64,000 nt of DNA, taken from Oopsacas minuta. Taxonomy: Eukaryota > Animalia > Porifera. Position 1 is the first letter of the stretch. Every line of letters begins with the position of its first letter. Made by a program: the position numbers and the translations under genes. Under the pieces are notes generated by a model. That model was not told where the DNA came from and did no database searches. It worked only from the letters and a program-made list of their open reading frames with translations. Shown here in pieces: positions 11,457 to 23,109 of this stretch. The stretch is from contig JAKMXF010000188.1 in NCBI GenBank assembly GCA_024704765.1, forward strand, positions 186,001-250,000. The letters are read 5' to 3'.

Positions 11457-14400
11457 ATGGAGTTGACAGCTCATCCTGATAGCTTATGGCTGCCTCTGAA
11501 AGAAATCCCTCCTCCCACTGACAAGGCGGAAGCGGACTCCTCACCCATCACGATAGTAGCTCAGGATTATCTAGATGATCCTCCTGTCAGAGACATACCT
11601 GAAACGCCAACCCCTGACCAGATAGACCTCCCTCCTGTATGCACACACAAGGACACACCCCTCCCCCCTCATAACACAGACATATCTCATGCAATAGCTG
11701 CTACAGCCTCAGCAGTAGCTAGCTCCATCCCTCTCACACAGCTACAGAGGTCTATAGACATGTTTTGCACTGCTCTTCTCGCCAAGACAGACAGCAGACC
11801 CTCTGAACCTGTACAGACAGACAGATACTCTCTCAGGATGATAGAAGATCTAGATTTCATTAAATACCAACTTTCTTATCACCAGAAGCCTTCTCCGGCA
11901 GCTCAGGATGGAGAGCTGTTTAGAGAGTTTAAGAACGAAATCAATCAGCTGAAGCAGCGACTAGATGAGAAGACAACATTATCTCAAATGTATGCTCCTC
12001 TCTCAAACATCCAGCAGGAGATCTCCTCCCTCAGGGCAGCACTAGCTAGTAGGAGTCCTAAACCCTCTCTGCCTCCTACGCCGGTTCATACCAATTCCTC
12101 TCACATTGTTAAAATACCTGACAACACATTTGCTAGTAAGGAATGTCAGACTACGCTCACTGGGATACCAGCTACATCTGTCTCCATACAGACCACTCCT
12201 CCTATTCTACTCTCTAAACCTCCTAGACAGTACATTTCTCCAATTTACTCTAGCTCCCCTCTCTCTTACCCAGCTGCCCCACTCCATACCAGGGTTCCTC
12301 CTATTAAGCTCAGTCACTTAGATAACAAGCTTAGCGACATAAGGCATACTCAGAGACAGATCGGTACGAAACCTCCTCGGACGCTATCTCTCCCTATCAC
12401 AGACATAGTGCATCAGGTAGTGAATAGCGATGGAGATGACATCATACACAGAACACGTAAGCTAGTGTCTGATAAGCTAGACTCCATACATACCATGCAG
12501 AGAGAACATATATTAGCAAAATCAAGTAAGAAAGAGAATATACAAGTAACGACACACAGGAACAAGACAAGGAGGGATAATAAGGGTAGTGACAAGCACG
12601 AGAAGGATCCTGTATATATCGCACGGGTGTATGGAGATAAACGTGACGCTAAAGTTAAGTCTAAACAGCCTGATAGAGAGATGGCTAGTGTGTATAGACA
12701 GATAGAGAATATACGTACTCAGGTGCATCAGCTGACTGCTAATAGACCAGTTCCTAATCCTATCCCTATCCAACAACATATACGGTATCATAATACTCAA
12801 TCTGTACAACCTCAAGTGTACAGGGCAGCTAAGTTAATCAGACCCCCGAGACTAATGCCTTCTCCCAACTCACCCTCCCCTCCACTGGAGCAGGAGAAAT
12901 TAGCCAATAAAATGCCTCGTGTCATTATCTGTGAAAACGCACAGGTACAGACCAGCTTCCAATCACCGGTAACACCTGTTAGTAGGGTCAGTAGCAGACG
13001 TAACACTCCATGTATGACGTCACATGATAACATCCCAGCTGATATAATACAGAGTGAATTGGTTATGGAACCTGATAGACCTGTGAGTACTCCTCCGTTA
13101 GATCTGAGTATAGATACTGTATCTCATGATGATGAGGATCAATCTCAGTTACTACAGGAGATGATATCTCTACAGGCTAATGACGTATCACCAGGAGAGG
13201 ATCAGAGTCTAATGGAGGTACCTTACAGGTTGTCAGACCCTCTGGAGCTAGTGAGAGAGCAGGAAATAGGTAGGAGACATCTTATAGAGAGGGTACAACA
13301 AATGTTGATACATAGAACTACAGAGTGTGTATCTAATCAGGTTAGAATGATACAAGCAAGGGAGAGACAGGAGAGAGAGATTAGATTGAATGCTGCAGTA
13401 GAGCATATTATTAAAGATGACGTAATAAGGTATATTCGTACTGTAAGAGAAGAGTTGAGGAATCAGAATGAAACTATCCCCCACTCTCCTACAGAAGTTC
13501 CCTCTTCACAACTACAGGTTCCTCTCTCAGAAGAAGAAGAAGAAGAATATTCTCTCTCTTTTGTCTCTGAGAGTGATAACCTGTCTGATCATAGCTCTGT
13601 ACACTCCTCTCGATTAGGTGAAGAACAATCTCTTAACAACACATTAACCCCTCACAGCACGTTTATTAGTCCTCTGGCCCCTACTACTCCAAGGTTCATA
13701 CCCTCTCCTCACACACAGGCATTCTCTCTCCCCACTTCCCCACACTCATTCCTAACTCGGCTAACTCCAGATCTCCCAATCTCCCCTCATTATATGGAGG
13801 TACAATGTAATCTGAGAGACCGCACTCTCTCTCCTATCCCCTCCAGTCCCGCGTTATCAATCCAAACAGCTACCTCTCCAACTGTAGACTCAGATGCTGA
13901 TATTCCTATTCCTCCTTTCTCTGTAGGGACACAGTGTGATCTCAATAGAACCCCTCCCCTCCTCCCCTCCCCTCCATCCGTAGAGGTACAGTATGACTTC
14001 ACGAATACCCTATCCTCCTCCACCCCCTTTCCTAACCCCTTACAGTTTGATGCTAAACCATATCGTGACTCCCGACACGTGGCACCTGTCACAGGATACC
14101 ACATTCCTTCAGATGATTCTACCTCCTACAACTTTACTGATATTACTCCCAGCACAGATTACACCGAATATAACTTATCAGCGGGTGAGTGCATACCTCT
14201 ATACAGTCACAGACATAAGTACAGTGCCTGTAGCGATCTGAGCTTAGGAGAGGTTCCTCCTGGTGATAGATTGTCTCCTGCTGTTGAAGCAGCTCTCCTT
14301 CTCAAGAACCAGCCTTCTGATATCTCTCCGGGTGAGATCCATTCCAAAGACCACATTAAGACACCTAAACCTGGACACCACCAGACTGAAGCGGTATTTT

Positions 14401-14807
14401 CTCCTCAAGAGGTCTCCTCAAACCCTTCCCCTCCCCTCTACAATCCCTCTACCCCTCCTCATAGATATAGTCCCGGGATAGAAGCGACTCTTGACAGTAA
14501 AGATTCCGACACGACACAATCTGACAGCGAACACCTTTCTCGCTCCGTGACCCTCTCCCTAGCATTCAGCTCCCCCTCTAACAAGACCACTACCAGACAC
14601 AGAGATGGTGTTGATGTATTTGATGTGTCCTCGCTAGAGGGGTTAGCTGCACCAGTGGGATGGGAACACAGCCAAATAAGTAAGGGGGACCCTTCTCCCC
14701 TCAATAATACTTCACAGCAACCCCATCACCTGTTTGACACTCCCCACTTAGACCAGAGTAGCAATAGTACCACCTGTGATGTACACTCTATAGATAGTAT
14801 TGCTTAG
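11457..14807 (+). CDS. 1116-aa Pro/Ser/Thr-rich, partly coiled-coil protein, possibly TALPID3/KIAA0586-like centriolar protein; intronless
   Basis: Single 3.35-kb ORF with host-like codon usage. YIARVYG recalls the TALPID3 'YMLQVYG' motif, there is a central helical segment (ELVREQEIG...IIKDDVIRYI), and C-terminal S-x-G-E repeats (LSAGE, LSLGE, ISPGE). CDS is secure; the family call is weak. Confidence 0.6.
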   Translation: MELTAHPDSLWLPLKEIPPPTDKAEADSSPITIVAQDYLDDPPVRDIPETPTPDQIDLPPVCTHKDTPLPPHNTDISHAIAATASAVASSIPLTQLQRSIDMFCTALLAKTDSRPSEPVQTDRYSLRMIEDLDFIKYQLSYHQKPSPAAQDGELFREFKNEINQLKQRLDEKTTLSQMYAPLSNIQQEISSLRAALASRSPKPSLPPTPVHTNSSHIVKIPDNTFASKECQTTLTGIPATSVSIQTTPPILLSKPPRQYISPIYSSSPLSYPAAPLHTRVPPIKLSHLDNKLSDIRHTQRQIGTKPPRTLSLPITDIVHQVVNSDGDDIIHRTRKLVSDKLDSIHTMQREHILAKSSKKENIQVTTHRNKTRRDNKGSDKHEKDPVYIARVYGDKRDAKVKSKQPDREMASVYRQIENIRTQVHQLTANRPVPNPIPIQQHIRYHNTQSVQPQVYRAAKLIRPPRLMPSPNSPSPPLEQEKLANKMPRVIICENAQVQTSFQSPVTPVSRVSSRRNTPCMTSHDNIPADIIQSELVMEPDRPVSTPPLDLSIDTVSHDDEDQSQLLQEMISLQANDVSPGEDQSLMEVPYRLSDPLELVREQEIGRRHLIERVQQMLIHRTTECVSNQVRMIQARERQEREIRLNAAVEHIIKDDVIRYIRTVREELRNQNETIPHSPTEVPSSQLQVPLSEEEEEEYSLSFVSESDNLSDHSSVHSSRLGEEQSLNNTLTPHSTFISPLAPTTPRFIPSPHTQAFSLPTSPHSFLTRLTPDLPISPHYMEVQCNLRDRTLSPIPSSPALSIQTATSPTVDSDADIPIPPFSVGTQCDLNRTPPLLPSPPSVEVQYDFTNTLSSSTPFPNPLQFDAKPYRDSRHVAPVTGYHIPSDDSTSYNFTDITPSTDYTEYNLSAGECIPLYSHRHKYSACSDLSLGEVPPGDRLSPAVEAALLLKNQPSDISPGEIHSKDHIKTPKPGHHQTEAVFSPQEVSSNPSPPLYNPSTPPHRYSPGIEATLDSKDSDTTQSDSEHLSRSVTLSLAFSSPSNKTTTRHRDGVDVFDVSSLEGLAAPVGWEHSQISKGDPSPLNNTSQQPHHLFDTPHLDQSSNSTTCDVHSIDSIA

Positions 14808-15721
14808 ATATTATTGTATTCTACTACGTTTATTGCAGCTATTCTTGTGATGTTATTAAACTGAAGTTTTAAATTTTTAGTTACTTTATTATCAGATTTA
14901 TAACTACTTACAGTGAATCATTATTTCCCCTGTACCGGGATTCCCATATAGAGCATAAACATACGTAATAAACAAACGTTAACTCTTGATTCAACAAGTT
15001 GTGAACTATTTGTTAGTGAATTGACCGCAATTCTGAGGTTAGATATAGGGTTTAGTTCTGAAAAAATGGCCGAAATTCAAACTACTAATGCAAAGTAATT
15101 ACTGAAAAGTAACAGTAGAAAGTAAATTTAAACTTTAAACCATAAATATGAGTTTGAATTTAATTCATTCGGATTTCTTTAAATAAAGGTGTTTTAATTT
15201 CCCGGCAATAACCGGGAATTATCCGGGATTCTCAGTCGATTCCTAATATAGAGACCAATATACGTATACTATGTACTTCTATAATATATCCTACCGCACA
15301 TGCCTAAGGGTATAAATATTGTTATGAAATTTCATAGGTACCGTGTGTTTGCAAATTTACATGTAACACCGGAAATTCGGATTCAGCATATTCGAAATAC
15401 TTCCAACGTATTTAGCTTTATTGAATTATGTTTACTACTTTGGTGAACGCAATAATTTTCTCTGTGAGTAATGTGATGCAAATTTACTGAGCTATCACGC
15501 CACACACAGGCTTAAAATCCCTGAACTCTGTAATAATCAATTTCTAGCGCTGGATTTGTTAACGTTGTTACTTGTAAATAGTTAAATAGGTGAACATTAT
15601 ACCCGGATAATATGAATTAGTAAATACTTTTTGTAAGAATGAATTCTTATCATACTACGCACATCATCATTAATACATAATTTATTGTATAGCAATAAAT
15701 ATATACAATTTATATGTATAC

Positions 15722-16941
15722 ATGACTATGACGGTTAATCATATTACACCGGAGTATGGAGAGGACAATTTCGAATTAGAAATGAATCGAATAAAACAGA
15801 AAATAGATTGTTTGAAGGAAAGGGAGAGACAATTATTAAGAGAGTTAGATACAATTCTAACTTCTTATCGTTCATATCAACGTGATTTAAAAAAGATAAG
15901 TAAAAGAAATTTGCTTTAGAAAGAACGAAACAATATCTTCAAAACGAACCTCTAACTTCTCCGATAAAATCAGTACATGACAACTTTATTAGTCAACTCA
16001 ACACAGAACTTGAATACATTAATACGCCTGTAAAACCTAAAATTGTCAGCTTCATGTGTGACAACAACAAACTGTTAAATGAAGTTAATAAGTTTGGCAG
16101 GTTAGTAAAACTGAAAAATGGGATTGATTATACAACCAAGATACAACCTGTAATTAGTGTTTGTGATAAAGGAAATGGAAATGAACAACTTAACAATCCA
16201 CGTGTTGTTACAGTTGATAATAGAACAGGATATATCTATGTAACAGATCAATATAATAACTGTGTTAAAGTATTCGACAATACTGCCAAGTATTTAAATT
16301 TGGAGATAACAAGGATGAAGGAAAGATGTACTTCCTCGAATCCCTCTCTATTTGTGGAGATATTATTATTATTTCACAGTTTAACCATTGTGTCCTGAAC
16401 TATTATTTGATGGAAGTTTATTTCTAGAATCGGCACATGTGGAGAAGGAGAATTAGAATTTTACTCTCCTTATGCTTTAACAATTGATAAGGCTACTAAT
16501 GATATATTTATATGTGATTATTCTAATCATCGTGTACAAATACTCTCCAAAGAATTCTCATACAAGGCTCAATTTGGTATAGACACACTCAGATACCCTC
16601 TTGATGTAAAACTCTCTCATCATAATATTTATGTTCTAGATTGTTCTAACCCTTGCATTCATCTCTCCAATAATAACCTCATGCTCCAGAAGTGTATCAT
16701 TTCACGAGGAGCAGGGAATCAAGTGGTTAAACCCTATTCTTTCTTCGTTGACACTTATGATAACATTCTGAGAGCTGATTATGATTCCAATTGTAAATCT
16801 ATATTCAATGCCAAATTTGAATCAATTCACAAAATTACAGTCCCTGAACATCCAACAGGAATTATAGCAGTCACAACAGGCAATCAGCATAGAATTATTG
16901 TAGTGTGTAATAATACAATGAACTGTCTGCAGATATTTTGA
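15722..16941 (+). pseudogene. Coiled-coil + NHL-repeat pseudogene (second copy)
   Basis: Coiled coil (DNFELEMNRIKQKIDCLKERE) followed by NHL repeats (EQLNNPRVVTVDNRTGYIYVTD; ELEFYSPYALTIDKATNDIFICDYSNHRVQI; LRYPLDVKL), ending CLQIF*. Joining them needs at least four frame changes (about 15905, 16293, 16408, 16425). Confidence 0.75.
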
Positions 16942-16980
16942 TTCACAACCTCTTTATGTTATCGGTCATATACGTATATA

Positions 16981-17248
16981 CACGCGAACCTCTCTTATCC
17001 GGGCAGTACCGGACCGGAGGGTGCCCGGATCTCAGAAATCACATTAAGTCTATGGGAAATCCAATTATAGTATTTAGGAGAAATATCGAGATCGTATCTG
17101 AATTGTGTTAGATATGAAGTACGAGTGAAGACACATTATTATAAGGAAAATTTCCTGAAAAATCAAAATAATTTCAGTCCTTTTGGAAAAATGGTGCCCA
17201 GTGGGGGAGGTGCCCGTATCACAGAGGTCCGGATAAGAGAGGTTCGAG
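16981..17248. mobile_element. Tc1/pogo-type MITE
   Basis: Inverted termini CGAACCTCTCTTATCCGG / CCGGATAAGAGAGGTTCG, flanked by TA; right end slightly eroded. Confidence 0.65.
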
Positions 17249-17406
17249 TATAAATATATAAAATGTATTTGTATTATGTCTAACTATGCTTGTTTATTTT
17301 CTTGATGTCCCTCTCCAAATCTTGATAGAATCGTTTGTACTTAGAAACTATATAAGATGAGCTGTGTTCCATGTTTGTGTATTCGTCTCTATTATATATT
17401 TACATA

Positions 17407-17590
17407 CAGTGGAAACCGCCTATTTGCAAATCGTATTTTGCAAGATTTTTCCTTGCTAATACGCTGATTTTGCTATTTATTATGCACACTAATTACCATA
17501 CAAAACTGCACTTTATATCTATGAAAAAGTTACTAATAAAATGCCAGATTTTGCTATCTGACGAATTGCTAATATAAGCGGTTTCCACTG
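17407..17590. mobile_element. pogo/Tigger-type MITE
   Basis: TIRs CAGTGGAAACCGC / GCGGTTTCCACTG; TA on the left, degenerate on the right. Confidence 0.65.
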
Positions 17591-17881
17591 TCTAATATAG
17601 ACATATATAAATATTTCTCATCCCGAATTATATTGACCGCAATGCAGTGATTCTCAATTCTGAAGTCCTCTGTTGGTAAGTTGGTAAAACATATTTGAAG
17701 ATCCAGGATGTTTATTGAAAAACTGAAATGTCCGAGCTATGTTTTTAACATTTACTTGTATTCTGGCCTTCTGACATTATTATTTGAGGTCGAATTAAGA
17801 TATTTGAATATGGACGATTACCAATTTGGATTTAGGACAAATTCCGATTTTTCAATATACCTACGTATAAACCCAGCTCTT

Positions 17882-19224
17882 ATGGATCCCGCTTGTAGCA
17901 GCACCAGTAGGGATAGGAGGGAGGAACACGTACCTCAGGGTGCTATAGCTATCCACACGGGTGGTGGATTCTACTCCAAATCTCTGTTAGAGAGAATTCA
18001 ACCTTATTGCAGAGAAGCATGTGATTCCGGATTGCAGCAATTATTACTAGGGAAATCTGCTGTAGAAGCTGTGACAGAAGCTATAGCTGTGTTGGAGAGT
18101 TGTTCTTATCTAAACGCTGGGATTGGTTCTAACTTGAATAGGGTAGGTCTCCCAGAGCTAGATGCTAGTATTATGGACGGTAATGATGGGTCATTTGGTA
18201 GTATTTGTTGTTGCAAAATACTAGCTAATCCTATTCGTGGTGCTAGACTTCTGTTAGATAACTGTAGAAGAGGGGTGGATACAAATGGCCTTGTATTACC
18301 GTTAATGCTATCAGAATCTGGAATTGAACACTTCTGTAGAGAGAAAGGGTTGAGGACGTGTTCCCCTGAAGATCTTATTACAGAGGATTCGTATAGATAT
18401 TTCAGAGAGGAGATTGATGCTGTATCTAGACAACAGAACTCTACAACTGGAATGCACACTACTGCAACTAATCTAGCAGATACAGTAGGAGCAGTAGCTG
18501 TTGACTCTACTGGAAGAACTGCTTCAGGTTATACTTTTAATTACCGCGCTTAGCTTAGCTTGCTAGGTCGCTGCTAAATGGTCAACAGTGTGTGCCTCGG
18601 CTCGGATTTATCTTAAGTATAGAGCAGCTAAATGTCTTATAATGTCTCTGATCGCTACGAATAGTGGAAATTTTGTGAGAACAAGTATATTACTTTATAA
18701 TGTAAAATTGGTATACAATCTTTTCACAAGCCCTCATTATTCTTCCATCTGTAGGTTGTTCGAGTGGAGGTTTGCTCCTAAAGCATCCAGGTCGTATAGG
18801 TCCAGCAGCTGTAACAGGGTGTGGCTGCTACTCAAAATCTTTTGGACTAGGACCCTCAATAGCTTGCTGTACATCTGGTACTGGAGAGATTCTAATGAGG
18901 TCCAATCTAGCTAGGAGCTATTGTGAGTCCGTAATAGCATCTCCTGATCCCGATCCTTTCACTCCTATTAACAAGATATTCTCTAAAGATGTTGTCTATA
19001 ATCCTGTCTATTCTTGTTATCCAGAACGCTACACAGCTCTGATTGGACTGTTTGTCTCAGAGGGAAGCGGGGCTGAGCTCATCTGGGGACATAACACACC
19101 TACATTTGTCATATCCTACCAGACTACATGTATGAAAAAATCTAAATTTATATGTTCTAAATTGAAATCTTCTAGTCTGTCAGAAGCATATGCGATTAGT
19201 TCTACTAGATTAAAGTTTATCTGA
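17882..19224 (+). CDS. TASP1: Threonine aspartase 1 (taspase 1); join(17882..18527,18755..19224), about 371 aa
   Basis: Ntn-hydrolase motifs IHTGGG, YLNAGIGSNLN, ELDASIMDG and ANPI, with the autocleavage site D|TVGAVAVD (Thr 18482-18484). A phase-1 GT-AG intron (18528-18754) joins ...TASG to CSSGGLLLKHPGRIG...GCGC...TSGTGE. Start chosen at ATG 17882; 17708 and 17810 are alternatives. Confidence 0.9.
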
Positions 19225-19502
19225 TTTGAGGTTAATTCACTTATTATTTGCATAATTTGTTGTTATATCATAAATAGAGAAAATTGTGAATTTTAGCACT
19301 TACAGTCAATGGGTAGTTGTTTATGCTGGTGAGCGGGTGCTGGGTTGTACGACAATTCGCAATATTACGTCGTTAAGCAATCTTGTGTAATTATATTGAT
19401 CTAGACCAGAGTGGTTCTAATAAAAGCGACCAAACAATATTGATCATAATAAGATACTACTTTTGTTTAAGCAGCATCTAGTCCCATATAATACAGTGAG
19501 GT

Positions 19503-22500
19503 ATGTCTGGAGTAGCTAAACAAGGATTTCTGTTTATGAAGATACTGCAGGGTAACTTCTCTAATATACGACCACATGTTAATTGGGCACGTAGATGGTT
19601 CCAATTGCATAAAAATGGGACTCTTATGTGTTATGACAGTTTCTATGCTGATCAACTGCTTTTTACATTTGATTTCAAATCTCTAAAAGTATCACGTAGA
19701 GATGTCATGTATCCAGACGGAGGGTCTGGCAAGCCTTGGATTATTTCTGTTGGAATAAGAGACCTTGAAGAGACTATACTACTGGAGGTAGATTGTGAGG
19801 AATGTATGGAGAAATGGGCTGAGTTGATACTGGACTCTCTCACACAAAATGTTAGCTCTCCTACTCGTATACTGAAACCTCCCGCTAATAAACCAACGGC
19901 CTTAAAACTACCTAAGATGGATCCTAGCAATAGGAACATTCACAACACCAGACCAAAGTATCATACTCCTGCTACTACAGCCAAACCAAGTCAGTTATCT
20001 CATACCAATATCTCACTTCTCGAATCTTCAACAGGTTAATACTAAACATTATCATTACGTATATGCATTCTAGTTACTAAAGTAGTTTCTAATAGCTCTA
20101 TAATGATAATCATGGAACACAGACAAACTAGTATAATACGTATTCAGAAGTAATATTCATTTAATGAGAATAGTAGGGTTAGGTTCCTTCATTAGACTCA
20201 AACATGTCCAAGCCAGGCCCAAAATACCCCTGTATGCCAAAACTCAAGCCTGGGGGTCTTCTAGTTTCTTCAAACAATCCCGAACATACAAACATGTATA
20301 TATACACATAACATAGATTAATCGCGTTTTAATAGTATAGATCTAATGTTAAGAGGAAGGTACAAGCTCAATACATGTGATGAAAGTATATTAGCCATTC
20401 AAATAAATCGGTGAAAATTTCTCGATCAAACCGCGAACTGCGAGGGCTGCTTGTACTATACTCCATCCTCAGTTTAGCAATTATTATGAATACAAGAATA
20501 TTTCGTAATATTACTTGTTATTTAGTAACATACAGTATAAATATTGTTTAGAACACAGATATCATGATCTTAATGACTTATCTATGCCTATTATAAACGA
20601 AATTCAAACCTTACCTGATGAAAAAGTTGAGATGAGAACTGTTATTGATGTCAACACTTTCGACCAGATTGGTAAGAAACTAACAATCAGCTGATATTGT
20701 AAATATTAATAAATAGTGTATTTAATTTAAATTAGATCTCTTATGAAATTGTTCCCGAGGAATGTATTCGCACTAGACTGTCTAACACATAATTGTCGGG
20801 AAATTTAAGGCCGACAGGGCAACTAGCCGGCACCCAAGACTACTAGACTCTTAATGAAATATGATTTGTTTGATTAATCGGGCTAGTTAGTAGTTACTAA
20901 AGTATGTAGCTGGGGGGCCTCGGATTAGCTACCGCCACTTCTGATTTTAACATACAACTTTCATCGATACTTGACATTAGTGTTTATAACTGACTGACAG
21001 GGTGTCTATAGCGTCATAGCTGTTGTACTCAGTAGATATAGAATAACCATTGATTATTTATTAATAGGAAAGAATAAGCAAGACTTGAGAGTATCGAACT
21101 ATGGATTCAACCAGCATATTGAACTTCCGAGAAAGAAGCAGAAGCATCCCCCTCCTATTAAACCTAAAACCAAGAGCTTTTCTTCAATTAAATCTTATGA
21201 GACACTAGGTGAGGAATATGTAAATTTATCTGGCACAATATTTTTGTGCGAGTTTAATCCAGTAAGGGGAGGTTAGGTCACAGGACACCGGGAGTTCTTG
21301 GAGGCGGAGGGCCGTCTTGAGTAGACCGCAGAGCCGTAGACTCCGAGGGACCATTACCCAATTTGAATTATATTCAGGGATATCAGAGGACCAAGCCTCC
21401 TCAGAATTTGTTTCCATAGTATATAGGAATTTTTCATTACCACTAATATTCCGTAATTTCTTGTAATTTCTTTGGTAATGTATACGCAATTACATGCGAC
21501 ATGCGTAGTTAACGAACATATATGTAAGATACACTGGTTCTCAGTAGTGTAGTTGTATTACGCTTATGTAAATTGAAAATGTGTTCGCAATAATTTTCAT
21601 CATTTGTACTGTCAATGAATTTTTCTTGGGTTTGAAAAATATTAGTGATGAACTTCTGACTATGACGTGTATATATATCACCCTGACATCCAATATATAT
21701 CATTCTCATGTTATTTCCCATATTTATTCATCAGGTAATGCTACTCCAAACAGATCATTCTCCAATTCTAGATCTCAAAAAATAGATAATACAAATGGTT
21801 TACCTTATGATGTTTTGCAATGTGATGATTCTGTGTTTCTTAATTCTAATTGTGGAGTAAGAGTTAGCCCCCCTTCCTCAGATTCTGAAAAATCATCTTT
21901 TCTAGATAAACTCCCTGATTATAGCAAATTGCTTAAAGATTACTGGCCTATGTCTTTCATACTCCCAAACCTTAAAGTATATAAACAGCTGATTAACCTA
22001 GCTCTTCCTGTACAAGATAGTATGCAGTTACTTCTCAATTGTTTCCAGCACTCCTACTCATCTCCTAACTCTTTCCTAATTATACAGGTTATAGGAGAAC
22101 TTTATCAAACTTACCGTCCTCAGAAGAGTTTCTCAGTTGACGTGAAGAATAAAATACATTTTATAGATTGGAAGAAATCATTTGCTAGTCAGGGAGTAGT
22201 GACGAGTAAAATCGTTAGAGTTACTGTCAGGGATGGTATTGATGTTAGATTGAATTCTGATAAATTGAATGAGTTTGTGTGTAGAATGAACGATTTATCT
22301 GATAGTGATTTGTTCTGTATAAGTTGGATTGGTTTTGTGAAGGGGATATTCCCAGTAAGAGATAACACGCTAAGTAAATGCTATTCTGCCTGTACTACCC
22401 TCATCTACAGGAGAATATCTGGTAACAGGAATGTAGATGTGCAGAAATTTGTTCCTTCTCATCTTCAGAGAGTCTCCCCACATGTACACTCAATTCAGGC

Positions 22501-22897
22501 AGAAGTAGAATCGATGAGTAAGCATGACACTATGTCCGTTTTTAACATATTCCTGGAGAAGCTGACCGATTCTCGTAGTAGTAATGCAATTTCTCTTCCT
22601 ATAGTCCTGGTTAAAAAGCTTCCCAGTCGATTGAAGCATGTTAATTGCATTTTTGTCATTGGAACAAATCATATTGGAATTAAACAGATTGAATGCGGGG
22701 TTGAAGTTTCCACACATGGTTCGATATGCGAGTTCTGGCATTATTCAGATATAATGGGGTGGTTTGTACAACCAGCGGATGATGTCGTGTTCATACAACT
22801 CAATCAATTGGTAGAGAGTTCTGATAATTTAATATTTTTATCTCCTAATGCCGAGTTTATTGATTATTATTTTAGCCAGAATTTAGGCATAAAATAG
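19503..22897 (+). CDS. PH-domain protein with C-terminal FERM-like region; join(19503..20034,20552..20671,21068..21208,21735..22897), about 651 aa
   Basis: N-terminal PH (KQGFLFMK...WARRWFQL...LMCY...C..CMEKWAELI). Three GT-AG introns, all phase 1, keep one frame and unite track ORFs 19503, 21085 and 21581. An extra small exon in intron 1 cannot be excluded. Confidence 0.65.
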
Positions 22898-23109
22898 AAA
22901 TTTTTTTTTGCTCAATTTTTTGTATATTTTAGTTTTCAAAACTCAATTATATATAAATATGCTCCAAATGTATTTTAACTTATTTATTTGTATATTCATG
23001 ACTTTGACTGCATTGAAAAACCTATATCCGTTCTTAACAGTAGTATATGTTGTATAATATTGAAATTTATAGCCTATTTTGGTCCTTGATTGATTTCTAG
23101 CATTGAATA

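Noticed and set aside
12106-14704. Numerous 60-100 aa alternative-frame and antisense ORFs within long genes (also 18106, 19652, 27206, 53336, 55464, 61942)
   Set aside because: Expected shadows of real CDSs; no independent motifs.
17708-17881. 58-aa N-terminal extension of TASP1 from the ORF track
   Set aside because: AT-rich with no conserved motif, and it lies between a GTAAGT donor (17676) and an acceptor (17876), so it is probably intron or UTR. Not fully excluded.
21581-21734. Hydrophobic 'signal peptide' at the start of ORF 21581-22897
   Set aside because: Lies upstream of the acceptor at 21733-21734 and is intronic read-through of the PH gene's last exon.
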